From NCBI GenBank assembly GCA_964564305.1, contig CAZMAM010000003.1, positions 7,983 to 71,982 on the forward strand: DNA of 64,000 nucleotides. The letters run 5' to 3'. Positions 46,480-54,870 of the stretch are shown here, one piece after another. How positions within the stretch are numbered: the stretch's first letter is position 1; every line of letters starts with the position of its first letter. This DNA comes from an uncultured Eubacteriales bacterium. Lineage in GTDB: Bacteria; Bacillota; Clostridia; Oscillospirales; Acutalibacteraceae. The position numbers and the translations under genes were made by a program. The notes below the pieces were generated by a model, which was given only the letters and a program-made list of their open reading frames with translations, did not search any database and had not been told where the DNA came from.

Positions 46480-47408
46480 ACCGATGGCCACAGAGGGGCG
46501 GGATATCGTCCCTCGTTTGTCATGCGCGCGATTGCACGGGTTACTTCGGCAAGATCTTCCCGATAGGTCATGCCGTACCATTTGTCTTGCGTGTGCAGAA
46601 CTTTGACGTCTGCCTTTCCGGCTTGCATCAGCGAATCCACCGCAAAGGGCAGGTAAAATTCGGCTTTCACCGCTTGCTCGCCCGAAAGATTTTCCAAAAA
46701 GCGCACAAACAACTCCTCAAACTGCGGGAGAACCGACGCTGGAAATCCCCAGCAGTTCATGGAAACCTGTGCATCTTTTGGCAGTGTATTCCAAGTTTTT
46801 CCTTCATTTTCGGTGTAAACAACATTGCCGTTATTTTTTTGGATATGCGTTCGTTCGGTAATGGCGGTGAGCATGCCGTTGGCGTCGGTCTCGCACACAC
46901 CGCGGGAAACATAGCCGTTATCGGTCAGCGTGTTTTCCAAAACATAGCCCACCATTGCCAAATGCTCCGTTTGGCATTTTTGCGTATCTGCGTTTTTGAG
47001 AAAATCCGCGAGCAGAGAAAAGCACTGCGCGCCGTAATAATCGTCGGCGTTGATGACAGCGAACGGCTCGTGAACAACACCCGTGCAGCAGCTGACGGCA
47101 TGGCCGGTACCCCATGGCTTCACCCGGTTTTGGGGAACCGGAAAACCGCCGGGTAAACGGTTTAATTCCTGGAAGACATATTCAACCGGCAGGATTTTTT
47201 CCAATTTCTGGCCGATTTGTTCTCTGAAATCCTCTTCTATGGCGTGTTTAATAATAAATACGACTTTGCCGAACCCCGCCTGTATCGCGTCGTACACGGA
47301 ATATTCAATGAGCTTTTCCCCGTTCGGACCGATGGGTGAAATTTGTTTTAATCCGCCGAAGCGGCTGCCCATACCGGCAGCCATCACGACCAATATCGGT
47401 TTTTGCAT
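46476..47408 (-). CDS. Sugar-1-phosphate nucleotidyltransferase family protein
   Basis: The N-terminal motif is LVVMAAGMGSRFGGLKQ (G-x-G-t-R). Substrate cannot be assigned. Confidence 0.65.
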   Translation of the reverse strand: MQKPILVVMAAGMGSRFGGLKQISPIGPNGEKLIEYSVYDAIQAGFGKVVFIIKHAIEEDFREQIGQKLEKILPVEYVFQELNRLPGGFPVPQNRVKPWGTGHAVSCCTGVVHEPFAVINADDYYGAQCFSLLADFLKNADTQKCQTEHLAMVGYVLENTLTDNGYVSRGVCETDANGMLTAITERTHIQKNNGNVVYTENEGKTWNTLPKDAQVSMNCWGFPASVLPQFEELFVRFLENLSGEQAVKAEFYLPFAVDSLMQAGKADVKVLHTQDKWYGMTYREDLAEVTRAIARMTNEGRYPAPLWPSV

Positions 47409-47430
47409 ACGGTCACATCCTTAAAAACGG

Positions 47431-47459
47431 TTGCACACTGCGAACAATAAGCGTATAAT
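47431..47459 (+). promoter_or_regulatory. Sigma-70-type promoter for galE (TTGCAC-17-TATAAT)
   Basis: TTGCAC 47431-47436, a 17-nt spacer, and TATAAT 47454-47459. Confidence 0.6.
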
Positions 47460-47495
47460 AAAATTGCAAATCTATTATACACGGGGGAATGCAAA

Positions 47496-48515
47496 ATGGC
47501 AATACTTATTACGGGAGGCGCGGGTTATATCGGTTCGCATACTTGCGTGGAAATGCTTGCCGCCGGTTACGACATTGTGGTGGCGGATAATTTTTACAAC
47601 AGCAAACCGCAGGCGCTGCAAAGAGTAAAGGAACTTTCCGGTAAGGATTTTCCGTCATACACCTGCGATATCCGCGATACGGCTGCCATGCAAACCGTGT
47701 TTCAGCGTCATGAAATCGAGGCGGTGATTCATTTCGCGGGTTTGAAGGCGGTGGGAGAATCGGTACAAAAGCCACTGGAATATTACGAAAACAATGTTTA
47801 TGGCACCTTGGCTTTATTGCGCGTGATGCGGCAAGCGGGGTGTAATAAAATCATTTTCAGTTCTTCCGCCACCGTTTACGGGCTAAATAATCCCTCCCCG
47901 CTTCGGGAAGATATGCCCACGGGAGGGGTGACCAATCCTTACGGACGAACCAAATATATTATTGAAGAAATTCTCAAAGATATCTGTGTTTCTCAAAAAG
48001 AGTTCGGAGCGGTACTTCTCAGATATTTTAATCCGATCGGCGCGCATGCCAGCGGAAAAATCGGGGAAGACCCCAACGGAATTCCCAATAACCTGATGCC
48101 GTATGTTGCTCAGGTCGCTATCGGCAAGCTTCCGCAGCTTTCTGTCTTTGGCAACGATTACGATACGCCGGACGGCACAGGCGTTCGGGATTATATTCAT
48201 GTGGTGGATCTTGCCCGTGGGCATGTGGCGGCGGTATCGTACGCGCTGTTTCATACCGGCGCCATACCGATTAATCTGGGAACCGGTACCGGTTACAGTG
48301 TCATGGATATCGTTCATACTTTTCAGCGGGTAAACAGTGTCTCTGTACCTTACCGTGTGGTTGACCGCCGACCCGGGGATATCGCCACCTGCTATTCCGA
48401 TCCGTCCCGGGCAAGAGAATTGCTGGGCTGGCAGGCTCAGCTGAATTTGGAAGATATGTGCCGCGATTCCTGGCGCTGGCAGCAACAAAATCCAAACGGA
48501 TTTGATGAAGCGTAA
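47496..48515 (+). CDS. galE: UDP-glucose 4-epimerase
   Basis: ILITGGAGYIGSH, SSSATVYG and YGRTK (the YxxxK motif). Confidence 0.92.
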   Translation: MAILITGGAGYIGSHTCVEMLAAGYDIVVADNFYNSKPQALQRVKELSGKDFPSYTCDIRDTAAMQTVFQRHEIEAVIHFAGLKAVGESVQKPLEYYENNVYGTLALLRVMRQAGCNKIIFSSSATVYGLNNPSPLREDMPTGGVTNPYGRTKYIIEEILKDICVSQKEFGAVLLRYFNPIGAHASGKIGEDPNGIPNNLMPYVAQVAIGKLPQLSVFGNDYDTPDGTGVRDYIHVVDLARGHVAAVSYALFHTGAIPINLGTGTGYSVMDIVHTFQRVNSVSVPYRVVDRRPGDIATCYSDPSRARELLGWQAQLNLEDMCRDSWRWQQQNPNGFDEA

Positions 48516-48581
48516 TGCGCAAAAATGATTGCGGTTGCCGCCCCGATCGTGGGCCGAGAAAAGAGAAAATAAAACAGGCAG

Positions 48582-48630
48582 CAAGCGGCACGGAAAATTC
48601 ATTCGCACCGCTTGTTTCGCTTTATTTTGG
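48582..48630 (+). terminator. Putative intrinsic terminator after galE
   Basis: CAAGCGG...CCGCTTG forms a 7-bp stem with a long loop, followed by TTTCGCTTTATTTT. Confidence 0.45.
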
Positions 48631-48646
48631 TCTTTTCGTGTTCGGC

Positions 48647-49846
48647 TTAGTGCCCGGTTAAACGCCGCATGAGCAATTTGCCCTGCGGGAGAAAAATTCC
48701 GGTTGACGCGGCAGCGGATTCGGTGAACAACGGCACACCGTTTGTTTTCCGGTCGCTATGGTAAATCAGAAAAGGAATCGGATCTCGCGTGTGGGTGCGA
48801 AGCGTCAGGGGTGTGGGATGATCCGGACAAATGAGAATTGCATATGGCCCTAATGCCTCTAATTTGGGCAGAAGAGGGGTGAGAATCAAACGGTCGATGT
48901 GCTCAATCGCTTTGACTTTGTTTTCCGCCTCACCCCGGTGTCCGCATTCGTCCGGAGCTTCCAAGTGAATATAGGCCAGGTCGTGCCCGTTGGTCAAGGC
49001 ATCGGCAGCCGCCAGCATTTTGCCTTTGAAGTTGGTATCGATATACCCGGTGGCGCCTTCTACCTCGCATACCGTCATGCCGTTTAACCGGGCGATGCCT
49101 TTCAAGAGATCCACTGCGGAAATCATCGCGCCTTTCAGGCCGAATCGGGCGGTGAAATTCTCCAATTTCGGCCGTGTTCCCTGACCCCACAGCCAAATGG
49201 AATTTGCCGGATGCAGCCCCGCTTTTCTCCGTTCTTCGTTGACGGGATGATGTTGCAAAATTTCAAAACTTTTTGTCATCATTGTGTTCAGCGTTTCGCA
49301 CACGGGCAGATATTTCCCGATTTCTTTTCCGCTGATATCGTGTGGGGGCGTAAGCGGCCCGACAGATTCCGGCTTGCTATGCCAGACAGCGCAGTGACGG
49401 TAGGCGGTACCCGTGTAAAAATCAAAGTCTCCTCCGCCAAAATCGCTTTGCAATGTTTGTATGAGAACACTGGCTTCCTCGGTATGAATATCTCCGGCGC
49501 AATAGTCGACCATCTTTTTTTGCTTAAAAGGTTCGTCATCGGTTAAGGTGACAAAATTGCACCGTAGAGCCAGATCGTTCTCTTTAAGATCGATGCCGAT
49601 ATTTGCCGCTTCCAAAGGGGAGCGCCCGGTGTAACAGTCGGCGGGATCGTATCCCAGCACGGAGAGATTGGCAACGTCGCTGCCCGGCGGCAGTTCATCG
49701 GGTATTGTTTTGGCCATGCCGACTTCCGATTGAGCGGCAAGCGCGTCCATGGTCGGTTTGTGCGCCGCTTCCATCGGCGTTTTTCCGTTTAGCGCGTCAC
49801 AGGGTAAATCCGCCATTCCGTCACAAAGTAAAACGACATACTTCAT
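48647..49846 (-). CDS. apgM: Cofactor-independent phosphoglycerate mutase, ApgM (archaeal) type
   Basis: MKYVVLLCDGMADLP...GSDVANLSVLGYDP...EAPDECGH. Confidence 0.85.
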   Translation of the reverse strand: MKYVVLLCDGMADLPCDALNGKTPMEAAHKPTMDALAAQSEVGMAKTIPDELPPGSDVANLSVLGYDPADCYTGRSPLEAANIGIDLKENDLALRCNFVTLTDDEPFKQKKMVDYCAGDIHTEEASVLIQTLQSDFGGGDFDFYTGTAYRHCAVWHSKPESVGPLTPPHDISGKEIGKYLPVCETLNTMMTKSFEILQHHPVNEERRKAGLHPANSIWLWGQGTRPKLENFTARFGLKGAMISAVDLLKGIARLNGMTVCEVEGATGYIDTNFKGKMLAAADALTNGHDLAYIHLEAPDECGHRGEAENKVKAIEHIDRLILTPLLPKLEALGPYAILICPDHPTPLTLRTHTRDPIPFLIYHSDRKTNGVPLFTESAAASTGIFLPQGKLLMRRLTGH

Positions 49847-49975
49847 TATTTTTATCCTCCTGTCGGAATCCGTCGCTCAGTATACCACATTTCCACACAA
49901 AAAGAAAGACAGGCGCTTCCTGAAATTTCCGATTTCCTTTAAAGATTTGGAGTAGAACCCGAGCACTGTATACCC

Positions 49976-50004
49976 TTGACAGATGCTCGCCTTTTGGGTA
50001 AAAT
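49976..50004 (+). promoter_or_regulatory. Sigma-70-type promoter of the B12-regulated operon (TTGACA-17-TAAAAT)
   Basis: TTGACA 49976-49981, a 17-nt spacer, and TAAAAT 49999-50004. Confidence 0.65.
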
Positions 50005-50039
50005 ATTCCCGTAAAAACCGCATAGAAAAAGCCGTCGGT

Positions 50040-50245
50040 TTTCCGCCATTGTGCGCGGAAATGAAAAGGGAACCCGGTGTGAATCCGGAACAACCGCCAT
50101 TACTGTGTTAGGAGTCAAGCGGCGGGCGCGCGGGCAAAAGCTCGCAGCCATTGGGTGTAACGCCTGAGAAGGTGCCCGTCCGAAGTCGCGGGGTGTTTTG
50201 CTGTGACTGCTCCTTTAGCCAGGAGACCTGCCGATGTCTGAGAAC
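50040..50245 (+). promoter_or_regulatory. Cobalamin (AdoCbl-type) riboswitch aptamer
   Basis: Conserved blocks are AAAAGGGAACCCGGTGTGAATCCGG, CCGCCATTACTGT, the B12-box-like AGCCATTGGG...CCTGAGAAGG, and the 3' AGCCAGGAGACCTGCC. Confidence 0.85.
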
Positions 50246-50326
50246 GGCCGTTACGAACGGGCGAGGAACGTACAGCCGGGTGAAAACATCGGCATCGGGT
50301 TGACCTTATGCCCTTTTTCTCCGACT

Positions 50327-50373
50327 GCCCTTTTGCGTTCCGCCGTTATCCGGCGTTCGCAGAAGGGCTTTTT
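50327..50373 (+). terminator. Riboswitch expression-platform terminator
   Basis: GCCCTTTTGCG pairs with CGCAGAAGGGC (11 bp including one G-U), with an inner GCCG/CGGC helix. It is followed by TTTTT, immediately upstream of the RBS and start of the first gene. Confidence 0.7.
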
Positions 50374-50396
50374 GCGGAGTAAAGGGGAAGTGCGCT

Positions 50397-53006
50397 GTGA
50401 AAACAGGGGCTCGGCTGTTTTGTGTGCTGCTTTGTATTTCGGTTATTCTGAGTGCGGTACCGTTTGCCGCTCGGGGCGAAGAAAATTTTACGGCGGTGAT
50501 TTCGCTCGAAGGGCTCACATTGGGTCAGGGGTTTTATGTTGAACCCACCGCTTACACATTGGACGAAATCAACGATCTTCTTTCTGCTGTGGGAGACGGG
50601 CCGTACACCGCCGAAACGGTGACGGTTGCCGCACTGACACACGCTATGCTGACGGATTACGGCCTTAAGGCCAAAATCACCGGTAGCTGGCAAAAAAGCG
50701 GGTATCTCAGCGCCGTACAGGGGATAGACACCGATGAAGTGCGCCTTCCCGAAGTTCTTCTTCAAGCGGGAATGCGGGAGGATTTTCCGAAAAATACCGA
50801 TGACTGGCTCGGAGAATTTGATTATACCGCGCAAAGCGGTTGGATGGTGAGTGTCGATCACCGCTTTATTTCGGAAAGCATGAGCGCACAAAGTTTGAAA
50901 AACCGTGCTGTGGTGCGCTGGCAGTTTACCCTTGCCGGGTACGGGGCGGATCTCGGCTGCGAGGACGGATTCGGTGCCGCGGCCTATTTTTCGGCGGCCG
51001 ACCGGTCTGAAGTGTACCGTCTCATAGCCGAAAGCGGCGATACGGCGGCAAAACGGGAAGCCCTCGGTATCCTCGCTCGGTTAGATGCGGGAGGGGATGA
51101 AGTGGCGCGTGCCGCTGCGCTCTTTACGCAGCCCGCGCAGCCGAACCGGCAGGCGTCCGCCGCATTGCACACCGCTATGGCCGCATTGGCCGGAAAAGTT
51201 CCCGCGCCGGTAATGAGTTCCACCGGTGGGGAATGGACGGTGATTGCTCTTTCCCGCGGAGGATATTATCCGGCGGGGCATGCATATTTTGAGGGGTACT
51301 TACGTTCCCTCGGTGCCGCTGTTCGCGAAAATGTTTCGGAAGACGGGCGGCTGCACCCGGTCAAGTCTACCGAAAATTCCCGGGTCATCCTAGCGCTGAC
51401 AGCTATCGGAGAGGATCCCTCCGATTTTAACGGCGTCAATTTGCTGTCTCCGTTACGCGATTCGGAATTTGTGAACGCACAGGGCATTAACGGCCCTATT
51501 TTTGCGCTGATTGCCCTGAATTCAGGGCAGGTTGAAGGATATGATGAAGCTAAGGAGGCCTGTTTGCGCACGATTCTCTCCGCGCAATCGGAGGATGGCG
51601 GATGGTCGCTTTCCGGTTTCGGGGCCGACCCGGATATGACGGCAATGGCGCTTCAGGCGCTGAGTTCGTATGCCGCGCGCAATGAGGTTCAGGTGGCGGC
51701 GGAAAAGGGCTTTGCCTGCCTTTCCGAACTGCAGCGGGAATCGGGCGGGTATTCTTCTTGGGGTACGGTGAACGCCGAAAGTATTGCGCAGGTGATTATT
51801 GCCGCCACAGCGTGGGGAATCGATCCGCAAAATGATTCGCGGCTGGTGAAATCCGGAGGCAGCGCGGTTTCGGCATTACTCACGTTTTTTGATGAGAACG
51901 AGGGAATGTTTTCCCATACCGCCGGTACCGGCGCCAACCTGATGGCGAGTGAGCAGGGGTGTCTGGCACTGGTTGCGTATGACCGTTGGGTAAATGCGCG
52001 CCCGGCTCTGTACGACATGTCCGGCGCGGACACTCCGCCTTCCGATGAATTCCGTCTTACCGCTTTTTTGTCTATGCCGGTGCAAGCGGAGAACCGGGTG
52101 GGGGCAGTTTTTTCCGCCACAGTGTTCCTTTCCGGATTTATGTCGGGCGTAAAACTGATTGACGGCGTCATTCGTCTGCCGGCCGGGGTGAATGTGACCG
52201 GCATGAAGTCCGGCGACCGTTTGGGCGGCGGACAGCTTTCGTATGCGGTGGAGCCGCAGACGCATCAATTGCGGTTTGTTTATTTTGATCCGAGCGGAGA
52301 AAGTGAAATTTCCATTTTCGGGGAGGATAAGCCGATTCCGCTTTTTCAAATTACTTTTTCACCGGAACAAGCATTCTCGGACGGGCAGCGCCTGCGCTTT
52401 GAACTTTCCGGCCTTACTTTAAAGCGATCCGCTCATCAGGGTGAGGACGGCGCTATGGAAACGGCGGATATTTCCGAGGCGTATGCCGAGGTTAGCTTAA
52501 TACAGGGATTCTCTTTTACCGCCAAACGGCTGTACGCGGGGGACGGGGTTGATTTGATTCCGGAGGATTGGCAGGCGGTAGCCGTGGCGGTAACCGGCGC
52601 AAGTGAGGGAGATGCATTGAATTTTTACGGCGGAGCGCTGCTGGCCGATTTTTCCTGTAACGCGCTGCTCAGCGAGCAAAACGGGGTGATTACTTTTGTG
52701 TGCATGGCTCCTGTATCCGCTGAACTTTCCGCCTTCACAGATCCTTCGCATTACACGGTTTCCGGGGGCGGCAACGCATTTGCTTTCGGGGACGCAAACA
52801 GCGACGGGCGCATCAATGCACAGGATGTGCTGATCGCTGTAAACGCTTGGTTACGCGTGGGGGATGCTCCGTCTCCTCAGGAAGTGCTGCGCCTGAATGT
52901 GAACGGCGATGCGCGAATCAACACCTTCGATGCGCTGGGCATTGCCGCCTATATGGTGGACGGCGAGCCGTTCGATATTCTGCAAACGGCAGGTGAGGGA
53001 CGGTGA
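50397..53006 (+). CDS. Secreted multidomain protein: DUF4430-like module + prenyltransferase/terpene-cyclase-like alpha/alpha toroid + cohesin-like module + dockerin; putative cobalamin-binding surface protein
   Basis: A signal peptide is present. The N-module ends in GEFDYTAQSGWMVSVDH. The toroid repeats include GEWTVIALSRGG, EDGGWSLSGFGADPDMTAMALQAL and ESGGYSSWG. The C-terminal dockerin has GDANSDGRINAQDVLIAVNAWL and NVNGDARINTFDALGIAAYMV. Confidence 0.7.
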   Translation: MKTGARLFCVLLCISVILSAVPFAARGEENFTAVISLEGLTLGQGFYVEPTAYTLDEINDLLSAVGDGPYTAETVTVAALTHAMLTDYGLKAKITGSWQKSGYLSAVQGIDTDEVRLPEVLLQAGMREDFPKNTDDWLGEFDYTAQSGWMVSVDHRFISESMSAQSLKNRAVVRWQFTLAGYGADLGCEDGFGAAAYFSAADRSEVYRLIAESGDTAAKREALGILARLDAGGDEVARAAALFTQPAQPNRQASAALHTAMAALAGKVPAPVMSSTGGEWTVIALSRGGYYPAGHAYFEGYLRSLGAAVRENVSEDGRLHPVKSTENSRVILALTAIGEDPSDFNGVNLLSPLRDSEFVNAQGINGPIFALIALNSGQVEGYDEAKEACLRTILSAQSEDGGWSLSGFGADPDMTAMALQALSSYAARNEVQVAAEKGFACLSELQRESGGYSSWGTVNAESIAQVIIAATAWGIDPQNDSRLVKSGGSAVSALLTFFDENEGMFSHTAGTGANLMASEQGCLALVAYDRWVNARPALYDMSGADTPPSDEFRLTAFLSMPVQAENRVGAVFSATVFLSGFMSGVKLIDGVIRLPAGVNVTGMKSGDRLGGGQLSYAVEPQTHQLRFVYFDPSGESEISIFGEDKPIPLFQITFSPEQAFSDGQRLRFELSGLTLKRSAHQGEDGAMETADISEAYAEVSLIQGFSFTAKRLYAGDGVDLIPEDWQAVAVAVTGASEGDALNFYGGALLADFSCNALLSEQNGVITFVCMAPVSAELSAFTDPSHYTVSGGGNAFAFGDANSDGRINAQDVLIAVNAWLRVGDAPSPQEVLRLNVNGDARINTFDALGIAAYMVDGEPFDILQTAGEGR

Positions 53007-53578
53007 GCCGGAAAAAACGTACCGCGCTGATTATCGGCGCGACGCTTCTTTTGCTCTTGATCTTGGCGGCTTGGATTCTTTGGATATTTTTTCGTCCGAA
53101 TACGCCGACTTTGAGCATTGCGGATGTCCGGGGAGAAGGAGAAATAGCGGTTCCGGTGACACTCTCTTCTTTGGGCGATGCGGTATATCCTGCGGCGAGC
53201 GCGGAAATTCTTTTTGATAACACCCGGCTTCGTTTTCTCGGAGTAGATTCGGGGGAAGTGACGGTGGCTTCTGCGCAGGGCAGGCAGATTCCCACATGGC
53301 AGGTCAATCCGGACCGTTGTAATCAAACCGGAAAAATCACGCTGCTGTATTTGGATACCGCTTTATCTTATTCGTTCAATTCCGCTTCGCTCCCCGCTCG
53401 GGATGCGGTGCTCTTTACGCTTCGTTTTGCTTCTGTTCCGGGACAAACGGGAGGCAGTGCGCTCACTTTTTCGGATGCGGTGTTCGCGGCTTCCGATGAA
53501 AAGGAGAGTCTTTCCATGGCCAACGGAAGCTTGAGAACCAAGGATGGTACGGTGACGGTTGGGGAGGCGGCAAAATGA
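53003..53578 (+). CDS. Membrane-anchored cohesin-like protein
   Basis: The GTGA start overlaps the preceding stop. The N-terminal TM is ALIIGATLLLLLILAAWILWIFF. The beta-rich domain LSIADVRGEGEIAVPVTLSSLGDAVYPAASAEILFDNTRLRFLGVDSGEV resembles cohesin N-terminal strands. Confidence 0.5.
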   Translation: MSRKKRTALIIGATLLLLLILAAWILWIFFRPNTPTLSIADVRGEGEIAVPVTLSSLGDAVYPAASAEILFDNTRLRFLGVDSGEVTVASAQGRQIPTWQVNPDRCNQTGKITLLYLDTALSYSFNSASLPARDAVLFTLRFASVPGQTGGSALTFSDAVFAASDEKESLSMANGSLRTKDGTVTVGEAAK

Positions 53579-54645
53579 AACGCAAGCTGCTTTGTCTTTT
53601 GCTGATTTTGTCGCTGCTTACCGCTTGCGCCGCGCCCGTAACATTTGGCGGGCGCAGGCCGCTTGCGGATGATGGCATTGTTTCGGTCGAAACGGTAGCC
53701 GCCTTGCGGGAGCAAAACGGTGTGGCGGTGATGACGGGGAATTCGAACGGAGTTTCTTTTGAGTGGACGCTGTTTGGTGCGGATATTCCGAATGACGCTT
53801 CCTTATCGCTTGGCGTGACGGTGGAGGGAGTTGGCGAAAGCAGCTTGACCGTACGCTTTTCGGATACTTCTCCGCTGCCTTTTTCTCCGCTGTTGTCCTT
53901 GACCCTTCCGGTGCGGTGGAATGTCCAGAGCGCTTCTGTCGGGATAGCCCGGGCAAACGGCATAGCGGCGCTCTCAACGGCATCGGTGACTCAATCCGGT
54001 CAGGGAAGTACCGTGCATCTTTCGGTGACCGATCGAGACGGCGCTCTGAGAGTGGTGCCGCAAATGGGCTTTACTGCGGCACCGAATATTACGCGCCCCA
54101 CGGCGCTGCCGACGGCGTCTGCGGAAACCGTGACGCCCGATGCGTATCAAAATCCGCCTTCCGGCTCCGATATACAGTTGGCGACCGTTCCGTCCCAAGG
54201 GACCGATGCTGTCGCCGATCCGACAGAGACCGGAATGCTCACTTGTATGCTCAGTATTGAGTGCGCGAGCATTTTTTCCCATTTAGCGGATTTGAATGAG
54301 GCCAAGCTCGCCGTTTTACCGGAAAACGGGGTGATTTTGTCCCGCTTGGAGTGTCGCTTTCAGCAGGGAGAGAGCGTCTGGTCCGTGTTGCAGCGGGTCT
54401 GCCGGGAACAGGGTATACCGCTTGAAGCTTCATTTACTCCGGTGTACGGCTCGACTTATGTGGAAGGAATCGGCAATCTCTATGAATTCGATTGCGGAGA
54501 ATTGTCCGGCTGGATGTATGAGGTCAACGGCTGGTTTCCCAATTACGGCTGCAGCCTGTATGAGCTGAAAGACGGAGATGAGATTCAGTTCCGCTATACC
54601 TGCGAACTCGGCAGCGATATCGGCGGAGCGTCGGCTTTAAATTAA
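53575..54645 (+). CDS. Lipoprotein with a C-terminal DUF4430-like (transcobalamin beta-domain-like) module
   Basis: The lipobox is LSLLTAC. The C-terminus is GESVWSVLQRVCREQGIPLE...GELSGWMYEVNGWFPNYGCSLYELKDGDEIQFRYT. An ATGA overlaps the preceding gene. Confidence 0.7.
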   Translation: MKRKLLCLLLILSLLTACAAPVTFGGRRPLADDGIVSVETVAALREQNGVAVMTGNSNGVSFEWTLFGADIPNDASLSLGVTVEGVGESSLTVRFSDTSPLPFSPLLSLTLPVRWNVQSASVGIARANGIAALSTASVTQSGQGSTVHLSVTDRDGALRVVPQMGFTAAPNITRPTALPTASAETVTPDAYQNPPSGSDIQLATVPSQGTDAVADPTETGMLTCMLSIECASIFSHLADLNEAKLAVLPENGVILSRLECRFQQGESVWSVLQRVCREQGIPLEASFTPVYGSTYVEGIGNLYEFDCGELSGWMYEVNGWFPNYGCSLYELKDGDEIQFRYTCELGSDIGGASALN

Positions 54646-54825
54646 GGCGATATGGCATAAAGATTTTTGTGCGTAAAACGGGAGCGGATTTCTCGCCGGA
54701 GAAAACAAAATCCGCTGGGAAACCTTTGGGTATTTGCACAGATTTTTGTAATAGATTACGCAAAAGACGCCCGGCCGTTGGGCAGCCATTGCATGCAGAC
54801 CCGGTCTTTGTGCGGCGTTGCCTTA
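54641..54825 (+). repeat. Intergenic repeat family, copy C (inside the B12 operon)
   Basis: It has TTAAGGC...GCCTTAA termini and an internal perfect 9-bp hairpin AGCGGATTT/AAATCCGCT. It aligns with copy B and with the reverse complement of copy A. Confidence 0.75.
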
Positions 54826-54870
54826 ATTACTTTGCGTTGCCATAAATTGTCATAAAGCGAAAAGAAGGGA

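Noticed and set aside
46371-47156. A 261-aa plus-strand ORF overlaps mntP and the nucleotidyltransferase gene.
   Set aside because: It is a shadow ORF opposite two genes with clear family motifs.
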